Source: a virus. From it: DNA of 64,000 bases. The stretch's first letter is position 1; the number at the start of each line of letters is the position of its first letter. Below the pieces are notes generated by a model. It was not told the DNA's origin and searched no databases. It saw nothing but the letters and a program-made list of their open reading frames with translations. The position numbers were made by a program, and so were the translations under genes. The DNA is taken from positions 1 to 64,000 of IMG/VR virus record IMGVR_UViG_3300021476_000001; one strand, 5' to 3'. This document shows positions 1-9,740 of the stretch, piece after piece.

Positions 1-909
1 GAAACAGCAGAAGTAGCTGTGGAGGATGCAAAGAAGTTAGGAACTAGAGAGTCTGTTGAGACTGCAAGGAAAGCTATTGAAGATGCAAGAAAAGCTGTTG
101 AAGCTGTAAAAACTACTAAAGCTGCGGAAGGGGTATCTGCAAAAGGTGCTGGAGCGATGGAAGAAGCCGGAGCAATGGAGGGGGCTGGAGCAGCTGGGGG
201 TATTGGAGAGTTAGCTGGTGCCATAGTCCCTATAGTTGGAATAGCTGTGGCTGTGAAGGAGGCTCTTAAACAACTTCGTGAAGGTGTTATGAGTAGTATT
301 CGTGCAATGGGAGACTTTACAGCCGCTGTAGTATCATCAGATGAAAACGTTGCTAATAACATCGGTAGGTTAGGAGAGGGTGCAAAGGCGGTAGGTGATA
401 AATTATTTGATGTTGCACCTGTTGTTAGTATCTTTGTAAGTGCTATAGGAGAAGGAGCCACACAACTTGGTCGGGTGATGAAGGAACTTGATAAGTCTGT
501 AGAGCGCTATGGTGAGTATAGCCCAGTTATAGCTCAGGCACAGGCAGTAGCCGAGATACGTCAGACGATGGGAGACCTTAGACGTGCCCAAGAAGTTGGA
601 AAGACGATGGCACAGTATGTAATGGCTCAGAGTGATTTGCAGCAAAAGTTTGAGGACATAAAAGTTAAATTGATGGTAAAAATAATACCCATTATCACTC
701 GAATACTTGAAGTATTGGAGTTTATCATGCCATCTGGTGAAGGGATTGAGAATGCTATAAATGCTCTGCTTGCCCCACTTAAGGCAATACCAGGGGCAAC
801 AGAGTTAATTGCTCTGACGTTACAAGAGAATATGCGTCCGCCTATTGATGACCCAACTAGCATACTGTTCAAAGAAGGTGGAGAAGGTGTATTAGTACCT
901 CACAGGTGA
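1..909 (+). CDS. virion structural protein, 5' end outside window (Ala/Gly-rich, helical; tape-measure or internal-protein-like)
   Basis: Frame 1 is open from nt 1, so listed ORF 19..909 (in-frame GTG) is probably the 3' part of a longer gene. It is on the same strand as the downstream virion genes and closely spaced with them. Function not recognisable. Confidence 0.5.
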   Translation, partial: ETAEVAVEDAKKLGTRESVETARKAIEDARKAVEAVKTTKAAEGVSAKGAGAMEEAGAMEGAGAAGGIGELAGAIVPIVGIAVAVKEALKQLREGVMSSIRAMGDFTAAVVSSDENVANNIGRLGEGAKAVGDKLFDVAPVVSIFVSAIGEGATQLGRVMKELDKSVERYGEYSPVIAQAQAVAEIRQTMGDLRRAQEVGKTMAQYVMAQSDLQQKFEDIKVKLMVKIIPIITRILEVLEFIMPSGEGIENAINALLAPLKAIPGATELIALTLQENMRPPIDDPTSILFKEGGEGVLVPHR

Positions 910-948
910 AAAAATTAGAGCAAAGTAATAACAGAAATTGAGACAACT

Positions 949-2355
949 ATGGCTCTGCCGACGTTTAACTTTACTACTGGACCCTCAACGTTAATGGATA
1001 TAGGAACACTTTCCTATAATGGATGTGTATTCTCACCACTGTTTGTCACAACAGTAAGTGGAAAAGCCGTAAAAGACAACGCTCAGCGTACTGTAAAGTA
1101 TATGGAATACTTAATTACTGCTGACGGGTATGTGACAGCTCCTACTAATGTTGCTCTAACTGGGGTAAATGCAACTACTGCGCAGCTACGTAACTTATTA
1201 ACTGCTCAAGGGGGCGCTTTCGTTTATGAAGGACGAGGTTGTGACATAGTGGTTAATCCAGCTGGTGGAGGTGCTGGGGTAGGAGATGTTGTATGGGGAC
1301 CAGTTCCAGAACTTCTAGAGTTCCAACCGCTTGGAGGTGGATTATGTGCAAAGGTTCAATGGCAAGTTAAAGTTCACATCACTGAGGTTCCACAATCTAA
1401 AGGAGGAAGCTTTGTTACTTTAGCCGCTTTAGCCCCCACACTACTCCAGTTTAACTATGAAACAGTTGTAACCTACACTGAAGATGGGTTTAGCGTATTA
1501 TCTGCGAGTGGTACACTAGAGATACCTATGACACGAGTACCATCTCAGAAAACGCGAACACTGACTACAACGGTAGACGCTTTACGTTCGCAAATAGAAA
1601 CTAGAGTTATGACGGGTATTGATCTGACTAGATTCCATGTTACAAATCGAGAGTTTCATGTATCACGTGACAAAAGGACTATGGATTGGAGCTTTACAGT
1701 TGAAGAGAAGCCGTATATGGACTTACCACAGGACTGCACTATTGCACGTGGTACTTATAACGTACGACCTGCTAGAGCTGGTATGGGTCTTTGTTCGTGG
1801 CTCTGTACACTACGAGCAACATATGTAGTTCGTGGTCCATTTAGAAGTATAGACGGGATAAATAACAAGCCGAGGCGTCTTGCTTGGCTTGCTTTTTTAG
1901 CGTTGTTGCGCCTACGTATGGGGCAGTCTGTGCTTGGGAATGTTGTTCCAGATGTAAAGGGCAACCAGAATCCGGCAGCAGCACCAGTAGCCAACATACT
2001 TGGAGCTGGTTTACTCCTTTCAGCAGCAGCAAGTTGGAAAACGTTTCTTAACAAACAGACGCAGGCTCTGGGACCTACAGGTCCAGGAGCAAATGCTTGG
2101 TTAATAGACTTCTCATTTGACGAAGGGCTATATCTAGACTCAAAGACAACATCGTTCTCCGCAACATGGCGACTCGTTACTACATTTAGCCACATACTAC
2201 TTGCTAGCGGTCTTTGGAAGAAGTTGCCAGAGCAAGATGCACAAGGGAATAATATATGGGCAACCTCAATGAATAGTGTATCCAAATCACAATCGTGGTT
2301 ATTAAACCAACTTGATCCTAAGTTGGACGTAATTGTAGACTTTGGTGGTGGGTAA
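949..2355 (+). CDS. hypothetical virion protein (468 aa)
   Basis: Long uninterrupted ORF in the same-strand virion block. The antisense ORFs inside it look like shadow ORFs. No motif I can name. Confidence 0.6.
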   Translation: MALPTFNFTTGPSTLMDIGTLSYNGCVFSPLFVTTVSGKAVKDNAQRTVKYMEYLITADGYVTAPTNVALTGVNATTAQLRNLLTAQGGAFVYEGRGCDIVVNPAGGGAGVGDVVWGPVPELLEFQPLGGGLCAKVQWQVKVHITEVPQSKGGSFVTLAALAPTLLQFNYETVVTYTEDGFSVLSASGTLEIPMTRVPSQKTRTLTTTVDALRSQIETRVMTGIDLTRFHVTNREFHVSRDKRTMDWSFTVEEKPYMDLPQDCTIARGTYNVRPARAGMGLCSWLCTLRATYVVRGPFRSIDGINNKPRRLAWLAFLALLRLRMGQSVLGNVVPDVKGNQNPAAAPVANILGAGLLLSAAASWKTFLNKQTQALGPTGPGANAWLIDFSFDEGLYLDSKTTSFSATWRLVTTFSHILLASGLWKKLPEQDAQGNNIWATSMNSVSKSQSWLLNQLDPKLDVIVDFGGG

Positions 2356-2356
2356 G

Positions 2357-3052
2357 ATGCCATTCACAAGGAATAATACTGCACTAGGTAGTACAAAAAA
2401 GACTGACTTCCTTACAGGTCAGTCCGATCTTGCTATTGGAACCTCTATTGAGAATAATGTTCTGCTTCCCTGGCCTTCAAACCCATTGTCGTCTTGGGTA
2501 TACTTTGATTGCGCTGTTGGTGTAATGCTTGACTCAGGGATAGTAATACATAATCGACTACCACAAGTAAACAATAGATATGATACAATAGCTGTGGCAA
2601 ATTTAGATGACCAAAACTATGACAGTTTCACTGGATTTGGTGTGAACTTAAAATGTTTGGACCAGTATACAGATATTGTCCAACGTATGGGGCACTCAAG
2701 ATACTGGTTTAGAATATGGGGTCAGGCGCTCAGAGTTGGTTATCAGGTGCCTATACCTGGAATTAAGTTAATAGGTGGTACACCCGCTATCCCTTATGAC
2801 AGAAATCCTCAGTGGGGATATAACAGAATAGCACCGGGTGGAAATTACTCAGGAGTTATACTATGGCACGCTCAATGGTCGCTTTGGTACACAACAGCTG
2901 TTCCTCCAACTAGTCAAACCATACCCGCAGCTGACCCGTCAGCACATATTAGTGGAACCACACTACCACCAAAAGGTATACAAGCTCCATATAGTCAGCC
3001 AGATGATAATTCAGAGAACACAGTGTCTTTTCAGGGTATAACTACAAAATGA
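2357..3052 (+). CDS. hypothetical virion protein (231 aa)
   Basis: ATG at 2357 lies 1 nt after the upstream TAA (2353-2355). The listed start 2342 is an upstream TTG. The stop overlaps the next start (ATGA at 3049-3052). Confidence 0.55.
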   Translation: MPFTRNNTALGSTKKTDFLTGQSDLAIGTSIENNVLLPWPSNPLSSWVYFDCAVGVMLDSGIVIHNRLPQVNNRYDTIAVANLDDQNYDSFTGFGVNLKCLDQYTDIVQRMGHSRYWFRIWGQALRVGYQVPIPGIKLIGGTPAIPYDRNPQWGYNRIAPGGNYSGVILWHAQWSLWYTTAVPPTSQTIPAADPSAHISGTTLPPKGIQAPYSQPDDNSENTVSFQGITTK

Positions 3053-4500
3053 ACACAACACAAGCTCAACCTGGAACTAATGGTGACGTAAATATAAATA
3101 ACGTTGCTGATATACTTGAGGAAGAAGTAACTGTTGGATATCGTCCAGTCATGCCACTTGAATCTCTATGGCTCTCTGGCGCTGATATGCCTCAGATTAC
3201 TCTTCGCCGAGACCTAGAGTTTATGCAGATGCACCCGGTCGTAATGACAGCGTTAGAGTATTATAAGTCAGGTATCTATGGTGCAGAGTTCTGGGGTGGA
3301 CCCGATCATATCAACAAGGATAACTTGGAAGGCAAGCCAATATCTACAAACTCTCAAGTGGCCGATTTTGTACTATCACACGTTGAAAAGTTTTGGCAAA
3401 ACGGAATGCCTTTACTTCAGGAGGGTTACGCCTATGGATGGTCTGCTGGGGAGCATATCTATAAAGAAGCAGCCGGGTACATGACTTGGTCCCGCTTAAA
3501 GGACTTTCATCCGAATGACTCTTTTATATTATCACTTGGGTATAACCCAATAGGTGTCCGAGTAAAGAACATACGAGATAAACAACCGGTTGACCTCTGG
3601 TATGCAAGTGGGGCAATACCGGCTAAAGCTTGTTGGTATCCTCATAGACCACGATTTAACTCTCACTACGGAAGATCACAACTGATGGGTGCATGGAGAC
3701 CTTGGCGTCGACTAGGTTGGCGTGATGCAGTAGAACAGGTGATTGATGCTGCTGTATACCGTGCAGGATACAGAGGTCCAATAGTTCGTCATCCAATGGA
3801 AGACATGCAAACTGCCAAGACTGGTATACCAGCTACACAACCTGACAGCGCTGGTAATCCTCGACGTAACGCTCGTGATGTAGCACGTCAGTTAGTGGAA
3901 TGGGCAAAGGCGGGTGCTGGATTTACCCTCTCTAGTGCTAAATACTCACCGGCTATGGGTGGAGGAGACAAATGGAGTATAGAATGGCCTGAGCATGTTA
4001 TGGATGTACGCCCGCTTATTGAAGCTGCAAAGTATCTCGAAGAGCAAATAATGCTAGGTGTAGGTGTTCCTCCTGAGTTGGTACGCGCTGCTGGAACAGG
4101 TACTGGATACAGTGGACGCTCAATACCACGCGAAGCATTCCTAGAGAGACAACAGGTGGTTGCTGAGGCAATGCTTAAGTTGTTTATAGACCAAGTTGTT
4201 CGACCACTGGTTCTATGGAACTTTGGAGATATACCGTTCAACATTTGCTGTAGAAGTTTACTGACCTCTCAAGCAGAGGCGAAGCAAGGTGGTATGCAAC
4301 CGGGTGGACCTATAAACTTTAATCGTAGTGACGCTGCTAAACGTGCTTGGAGACTGAGAAAGATAAACCAGCCACCACAGGAGCAGCAACCTACTCAAAC
4401 ACCACGTGTTAATCAAACTTCACCCATGCCAGCGATGTCGCTTGAAGCTAATGAAAAGGTACTTCAGATAGTTAGAAATGTGCTCTCAAGAGTGGCATAA
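3049..4500 (+). CDS. putative portal protein (Mu gp29 / DUF935-like)
   Basis: Lies directly upstream of a MuF-domain gene, the classic portal-MuF pairing. Segments MQMHPVVMTALEYYKSGIYG, ADFVLSHVEKFW..GYAYGWSAGEHIY and YGRSQLMGAWRPWRRLGWRDAVEQ..YRGPIVRHP fit my recollection of the DUF935 portal family. Not searched. Confidence 0.6.
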   Translation: MNTTQAQPGTNGDVNINNVADILEEEVTVGYRPVMPLESLWLSGADMPQITLRRDLEFMQMHPVVMTALEYYKSGIYGAEFWGGPDHINKDNLEGKPISTNSQVADFVLSHVEKFWQNGMPLLQEGYAYGWSAGEHIYKEAAGYMTWSRLKDFHPNDSFILSLGYNPIGVRVKNIRDKQPVDLWYASGAIPAKACWYPHRPRFNSHYGRSQLMGAWRPWRRLGWRDAVEQVIDAAVYRAGYRGPIVRHPMEDMQTAKTGIPATQPDSAGNPRRNARDVARQLVEWAKAGAGFTLSSAKYSPAMGGGDKWSIEWPEHVMDVRPLIEAAKYLEEQIMLGVGVPPELVRAAGTGTGYSGRSIPREAFLERQQVVAEAMLKLFIDQVVRPLVLWNFGDIPFNICCRSLLTSQAEAKQGGMQPGGPINFNRSDAAKRAWRLRKINQPPQEQQPTQTPRVNQTSPMPAMSLEANEKVLQIVRNVLSRVA

Positions 4501-4501
4501 G

Positions 4502-7500
4502 ATGCAACCTACAGAAACTGAATTAGCTCTATGGGCGAATCAAGTCATGGTTGACTGTCTTATAGAGGCTAATGGAGACGTAAACGTTGGGCTTGCTGCG
4601 GCAGCATACATACTTGAGACTCAGTCGATACCTCTTGCAGTAGACCCACGTGGGCACCACCATAGGGGTAAAGGTGGAGCGCAAGGTGGACAGTTTACTA
4701 GTCCAGGGGTAGGTGAAGGTGACATTGGGCCAGCTACAGGACACCCAAAAACAGCAGGAGGTAAAGGTGGACAATCAAGTCAATCAAGATCAGGAGGATC
4801 AGGAACTGTTCGACAATCTAATGCAGCAGGGCAAGGAGTGGAAGGAGCACCTGGAGCAGCCAGTGATGCAGGCGCTGATAAAGGAGGGCAAGCTCAAGCC
4901 CAGCAGACTGATATTGGGACTGGTGGAAGCGTACAACGAGCACCTAAAGAGCAATCCGCCGCAATTGCCAGGATAGACAAGCTAAGTAGTTGGGCTAATA
5001 GAACAGGCAAGTCATATATATCAATGTGGCTTGGAGACTTAAAATCGCACGTCAACAAGTTTGGTGTAGAGCACTCACTTAAGAGTATGGAGCGTGAAGC
5101 TCCAACAGGCGGTAAGCGCGAACCTGTAGTGTACGACCCAGGAGAGGAGTATCCACAAGACTGGAATGAATATGTTCGTGGGTACCTAAACCACTATGGG
5201 ATAACTTCTCTTTATGACTTACCTAAAGCATCAAAACCGATGGATACTAGCTCTTCTGGTGATACAGTTGGTTTACGTCATACTACTGACGCCGTTCTAC
5301 CAGAGGGAGTGCCAACAAAGGCAGATGCTGATGGCTTAGTATGGTTCTTTGATGGACCAGGGTATGGTAGCTATGGTAAGCATGAATACAAGCTCTCAAT
5401 TCCAAAGGATAAACTCCTTGATTTGGACGATCTCGAACACCCTGAAATACTCAAAGAATACCTAGCTACTTATAAGTCACGTTCAAAACAGAAGGAACAC
5501 GAGTTTGCAACCAAAAAGGGATTTTGGGCTATTAAACGCGGCCAAGACATAGCGATGACACCAGAGCGCGCTAAAGCTCTAATGCAACTTAATGCCCAAC
5601 CGCCAAAGCAGAAGGTTATATCTACTCTTACGCCTAAAGCTCGTGAGAGTCAGGAAGAACCAGCATATCCAGAACATACACAGATAGCCTTCAGACCAGC
5701 GGAATCTGGACTGACTGATAAGCTTAAAGAGGCTAAACATATACCCGGCTTAGAGAGTAGTGAGGACCTTAATGTAATAATAGGAGCACCAGTAACTCAC
5801 ATAAATGACTCTGTTGTTAAAACACTTGATGATAGATATGGTAAAGATGCTTGGATAATAAAACCATATACTGGGGATGCGTTTGCTGGACATGGTATCT
5901 TCTTTCCTGAGAGAGTAGAAGAGTTCCAAAAGCAGCAGAAAGAGCTTATGTGGGATGCTGAGAGAAGTCTAGCCTCTACCGGACTTAGTATGGTAAAAGA
6001 CCAGAAAACTGGAGTTGTTTCTGGGGTACAGAATGAGCAAGGAGACTACTTTAACCTTGACTCTCCAGAATATGCTAAGTTAGCTCAAACCAACCACGCG
6101 CTTGCAAACTTGTCAATAGCACACATGAGGGGGGCTACCAAGGGAATACCACTTTTGGACCGTGAAGGTATGGTCACTGGTAAAGGCTACATGGCACAGC
6201 CTGCATACCAAGCTATAAGTCAAGCAGAGAAAGCGTCACGAGCTGAAGGAGCGCCTTACGCACACACTGAAGCCCGTGTACACGTTATAACTAACAAGGG
6301 ACAAGCTCAAGTTGTTCCTTATGGGACTTTTTACAAGAGACGTCCATTTCCTATAGTTTTTCAAGACAATGACAGCAGAGAGATAGAAAGAGTAGCTCAC
6401 GAAGCCGTAATGAACGTACCTGAGTCTGAACGCCAAGGACACGTTTATGCCCCAGACGTAATAAAGACTCCACAAGGATATAAAGTAGTAGAGCTGAATC
6501 CGTCTAACGAGATAGGGAGTAGTGGACACTTAGGAAGTAACCCACTTATTATAGACGCCTATGTCTCTGCTCTTCAAGGACATAAACCGGGATTCGCTCA
6601 ATTTATTGAAAGAGTATTAACTAAGAAGGGAGCCAAGAGTTCAGAAGCTGCGCTTAGCATGTTCTTTGCCTTCGACATTTATAACAAGCAAGCTCAAGGT
6701 ATCCTGAACCGTGCTCTCAAAGCGGCTAGAGGATTAAGTACCCAAGCCAGAAAAGACTTGGAAAAGGCGTTAAAGAAAGGACCGACTGATAGTGGTGAAG
6801 CAATTCTAAAGTTTATAGATAAATACCGTCTACAACTTTCTAGACTTCTCAGCACAACACAACTTGCCTCGCTATTAGAAGGCGCTCGTGAAGTGGCTAT
6901 TGGTCTACCTACACTTGCAACCTTTCCTGGTGCAGTGCCTCCTCCTCCGTCACTTGAGCCAAAGGAAGCAGTCAAGTTAGTAGAGAAAATAGCCAAGTTG
7001 AGAGACGAGGCGAGAGCTAGGGCAATATACAACTTACCAGAGGACCAACAGACCTACGTCCAACAGTCCATACTCGCAGAAGAGGCAAGCACTCCAATAG
7101 TCCCACCGGCATTCACTCCTCCATCCCCTCCAGAGGGATCGCCCGAAGAGATTCACTTCCCAACTATAGAGAACGCAGTAAAGCACCTCTCTGAGAAGAA
7201 CGTATTAACTCGTGAACGATTCGACGCTGTTGACGCTGCTACTAAGGCTAAGTCATTTACTGTAGCTAGTGTAGACGCTGAAGAAACTCTGACTAAGATA
7301 CGTGACGAACTTGCAGAGAACGTAAGGACCGGAGCCAGCTTCGAGAAGTTCAAGGAGAATGTATTGGACGCAGTAGACCAAGGAACCTTTTTGTCCGATG
7401 CCCACATGGAGACTGTGTTCCGCACAAACGTTCAGAGCGCTTTCTCCGATGGACAGATGGCGGTCTTAAACCACCCACTGGTACGAAGTGGATTCCCATA

Positions 7501-9706
7501 TGCCGTTTACGACTCCATCCACGACAATCGGGTTAGAGACGAGCATCTGGCGCTAGATACACTAGGAATAGACGGGACGAATATATACCGCATAAATGAC
7601 CCAGTGTTTCAACTCTTTAGACCACCTTGGGACTATAATTGTCGTTGTTCATGGATACCTATAACTGTCCGACAAGCCTCGGAATCAGGCATTGCGGAAG
7701 CCCAGGACTGGCTTGAGACTGGCATAGAACCTGTACCACCTGCGTTCGTACCAATGCCAGACTTCCAACCACCAGCTGGCTTTCGGAGAACTATAGAATC
7801 CACACCCCTATCCATACAACTATCAATGCAGTCGCTATTATACTTTTCTCTCAAAGAGGATGACAAGCCGGAAGAGGAGACAGAGACTTCATTGCTCTAC
7901 GGACAATCCGATGGTGCTAGTCCAGCTACTGGTGGGGCTACTGACACTGCTAGAGACCCTACTCCAGGAAGGCGTGTAACCCGTGTAGGACGTCGACGCT
8001 TTGACTATAAGAGGAAGACTACTAAGAACAAGATAAAGAAGAAGTCAAAGAGAAAGTGGGTATACTCACCCGCTCTATCAGTTGATCCATACGGACATGA
8101 GCATGTAGAAAGTGGACCAAAGGGGGGACAATTCACTCCAAGAGGTACAGGTGGAAGTCCTGCGTCAAAAGGACCGCAGCGTGTCGTATCACCTCAACCT
8201 AGCTCTGGGGTGATACAACCAGTGCAACCTAAGACTATTACATTTAAGAAGGGAGCTGACCGTGACCCTTCTATTGTAATAGTTAAGCGCCCTATACATG
8301 AATCAACTAAAGACATATTGACTGGTATTGCTTCACTTGTTAAGAGTGGAGAAGCAATAAATACAGCTAATGGTCGTCGAGTTACTCTTCCGGCACTATA
8401 TTCCGTATTAGCCAACTCTAAAGGAGTGAAGAATTATCCAGTTCGTCAGTTTGTTAGTGATCTGATTACTGTTTGTAGAAGTTCTGCGAACCTAAATACA
8501 GCAACACTTAAGGTGGAGCCAGCAGTTATTGAGGCAAGTAAAAACCCAAAAAAGTCCATATTTTTTCCACACAACGTAAACCTCCCACTCGGAGAAGGTA
8601 GTTATTATCAAGCAGTTACGTTTAATAATAGTAATATGAATGAGTTTTGGAAGATAATGAATCAACAACCAGAACCACAAGTAGGCTTATCAGTAGACCC
8701 GCGTGGCCACCATCACAGGGGAAAAGGTGAGCAAGGAGGTCAATTCACTTCACCCGGAATTGGAGAAGGCAATGTCCCGATTGAGGAGAGGCACACAGTC
8801 AGGAACCCAGCAGCCGCAAAAGACGCCGCTAGAGCGCATCGCAGAATCAGGAGAGGCAGCAGCCAAGGAGGGACTGAAGGAGTCCCTAAAACTGACACCG
8901 GAGCAGCGCAGACTATTCAGCCGGCGCAACCAGTTACAGATCCAAGGCTTGAGGGAACTGCTGGATTCACGAGAGCAAGAGAACTCTTCGCCAACATAAA
9001 CAGTTTAAGAGGATTAGCTAGCTCAGGTGACCCAGAGTATATGAGTCATTTGATGGAGCACCAGAAGAGAGTTCTGAAGACAGCAAGGCAAACAGGTACA
9101 TTTGTAAAAAAGACTAAGTTTGCAAACATTATCAACTCTTCAGAGGACGTTGGTGGTGGCGAACATGAAGTGTATGAGGATGTAATAAACAATAGGTACT
9201 ATAAGTTTACAAGATCAAGTATGAACGCTGGGTTCGGTCTTGATGACGACGTCCATCAGTACCTTCAAAGACTAGAGACTGCTAGTAAGTTATGGCCTTC
9301 ACTTGGATACAAGTTTGAGGGTATTACTAAAAGTGAAGGCGAAGAGTACAAGGGTAGAATAATAGGAAGAGGGCGTCCTCAAGTTGTAATATCTATGAAC
9401 CGTATTGAAGGAGACCACCCAGAACAGGAAGAGATACATCAGTGGTTTCTAAATAATGGTTGGGAGATAGCAAGCACTCCATTTGTACCTAGTAAAGACA
9501 TGCCTAACAGACGTCTAAAGAAAGGTGACCGCGCTTTTCTCGACTGGAGAGACCCGCAGTCGGGAACAGTAGTCGGCGACGCTCATATAGGAAACTTTAT
9601 AAAGACTAAAAGTGGGAATCTAGCTCCTATTGATGTAACTATTACTCTAGGGCCGTCAGGACCACAACCACCTACGCATAGGACGCAAGCGCCCAAACAG
9701 GAGTAA
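4502..9706 (+). CDS. giant polyvalent virion protein: ATP-grasp-like + MuF (SPP1 gp7/Mu gp30) + C-terminal kinase-like module
   Basis: ATG 4502 lies 1 nt after the portal stop (alternative ATG 4478). MuF signature VFRTNVQSAF..YDSIHDNRVRDEHLALDT..FRPPWDYNCRCSWIPIT at about 7255-7670. ATP-grasp-like pattern DAWIIKPYTGDAFAGHGIFF / EARVHVITNKGQAQVV / YKVVELNPSNEIGSSG at about 5760-6570. Kinase-like GDAHIGNFIKT..APIDV at about 9130-9660. Confidence 0.8.
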   Translation: MQPTETELALWANQVMVDCLIEANGDVNVGLAAAAYILETQSIPLAVDPRGHHHRGKGGAQGGQFTSPGVGEGDIGPATGHPKTAGGKGGQSSQSRSGGSGTVRQSNAAGQGVEGAPGAASDAGADKGGQAQAQQTDIGTGGSVQRAPKEQSAAIARIDKLSSWANRTGKSYISMWLGDLKSHVNKFGVEHSLKSMEREAPTGGKREPVVYDPGEEYPQDWNEYVRGYLNHYGITSLYDLPKASKPMDTSSSGDTVGLRHTTDAVLPEGVPTKADADGLVWFFDGPGYGSYGKHEYKLSIPKDKLLDLDDLEHPEILKEYLATYKSRSKQKEHEFATKKGFWAIKRGQDIAMTPERAKALMQLNAQPPKQKVISTLTPKARESQEEPAYPEHTQIAFRPAESGLTDKLKEAKHIPGLESSEDLNVIIGAPVTHINDSVVKTLDDRYGKDAWIIKPYTGDAFAGHGIFFPERVEEFQKQQKELMWDAERSLASTGLSMVKDQKTGVVSGVQNEQGDYFNLDSPEYAKLAQTNHALANLSIAHMRGATKGIPLLDREGMVTGKGYMAQPAYQAISQAEKASRAEGAPYAHTEARVHVITNKGQAQVVPYGTFYKRRPFPIVFQDNDSREIERVAHEAVMNVPESERQGHVYAPDVIKTPQGYKVVELNPSNEIGSSGHLGSNPLIIDAYVSALQGHKPGFAQFIERVLTKKGAKSSEAALSMFFAFDIYNKQAQGILNRALKAARGLSTQARKDLEKALKKGPTDSGEAILKFIDKYRLQLSRLLSTTQLASLLEGAREVAIGLPTLATFPGAVPPPPSLEPKEAVKLVEKIAKLRDEARARAIYNLPEDQQTYVQQSILAEEASTPIVPPAFTPPSPPEGSPEEIHFPTIENAVKHLSEKNVLTRERFDAVDAATKAKSFTVASVDAEETLTKIRDELAENVRTGASFEKFKENVLDAVDQGTFLSDAHMETVFRTNVQSAFSDGQMAVLNHPLVRSGFPYAVYDSIHDNRVRDEHLALDTLGIDGTNIYRINDPVFQLFRPPWDYNCRCSWIPITVRQASESGIAEAQDWLETGIEPVPPAFVPMPDFQPPAGFRRTIESTPLSIQLSMQSLLYFSLKEDDKPEEETETSLLYGQSDGASPATGGATDTARDPTPGRRVTRVGRRRFDYKRKTTKNKIKKKSKRKWVYSPALSVDPYGHEHVESGPKGGQFTPRGTGGSPASKGPQRVVSPQPSSGVIQPVQPKTITFKKGADRDPSIVIVKRPIHESTKDILTGIASLVKSGEAINTANGRRVTLPALYSVLANSKGVKNYPVRQFVSDLITVCRSSANLNTATLKVEPAVIEASKNPKKSIFFPHNVNLPLGEGSYYQAVTFNNSNMNEFWKIMNQQPEPQVGLSVDPRGHHHRGKGEQGGQFTSPGIGEGNVPIEERHTVRNPAAAKDAARAHRRIRRGSSQGGTEGVPKTDTGAAQTIQPAQPVTDPRLEGTAGFTRARELFANINSLRGLASSGDPEYMSHLMEHQKRVLKTARQTGTFVKKTKFANIINSSEDVGGGEHEVYEDVINNRYYKFTRSSMNAGFGLDDDVHQYLQRLETASKLWPSLGYKFEGITKSEGEEYKGRIIGRGRPQVVISMNRIEGDHPEQEEIHQWFLNNGWEIASTPFVPSKDMPNRRLKKGDRAFLDWRDPQSGTVVGDAHIGNFIKTKSGNLAPIDVTITLGPSGPQPPTHRTQAPKQE

Positions 9707-9740
9707 ACCTATGAACCGTTTGTAGGATTTCGTTATAACC

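Noticed and set aside
1755-2363. Long antisense ORFs inside large genes (e.g. 1755..2363 -, 24367..24837 -, 33666..34163 -, 36395..36832 -, 58447..59028 -, 62335..62862 -) and alternative-frame ORFs in the polyvalent gene (4713..4976, 8703..8999)
   Set aside because: Each lies wholly within, or opposite, a gene with clear motifs. None has a start context, and their compositions are odd. 36395..36832 also runs through a tRNA gene. They are shadow ORFs.
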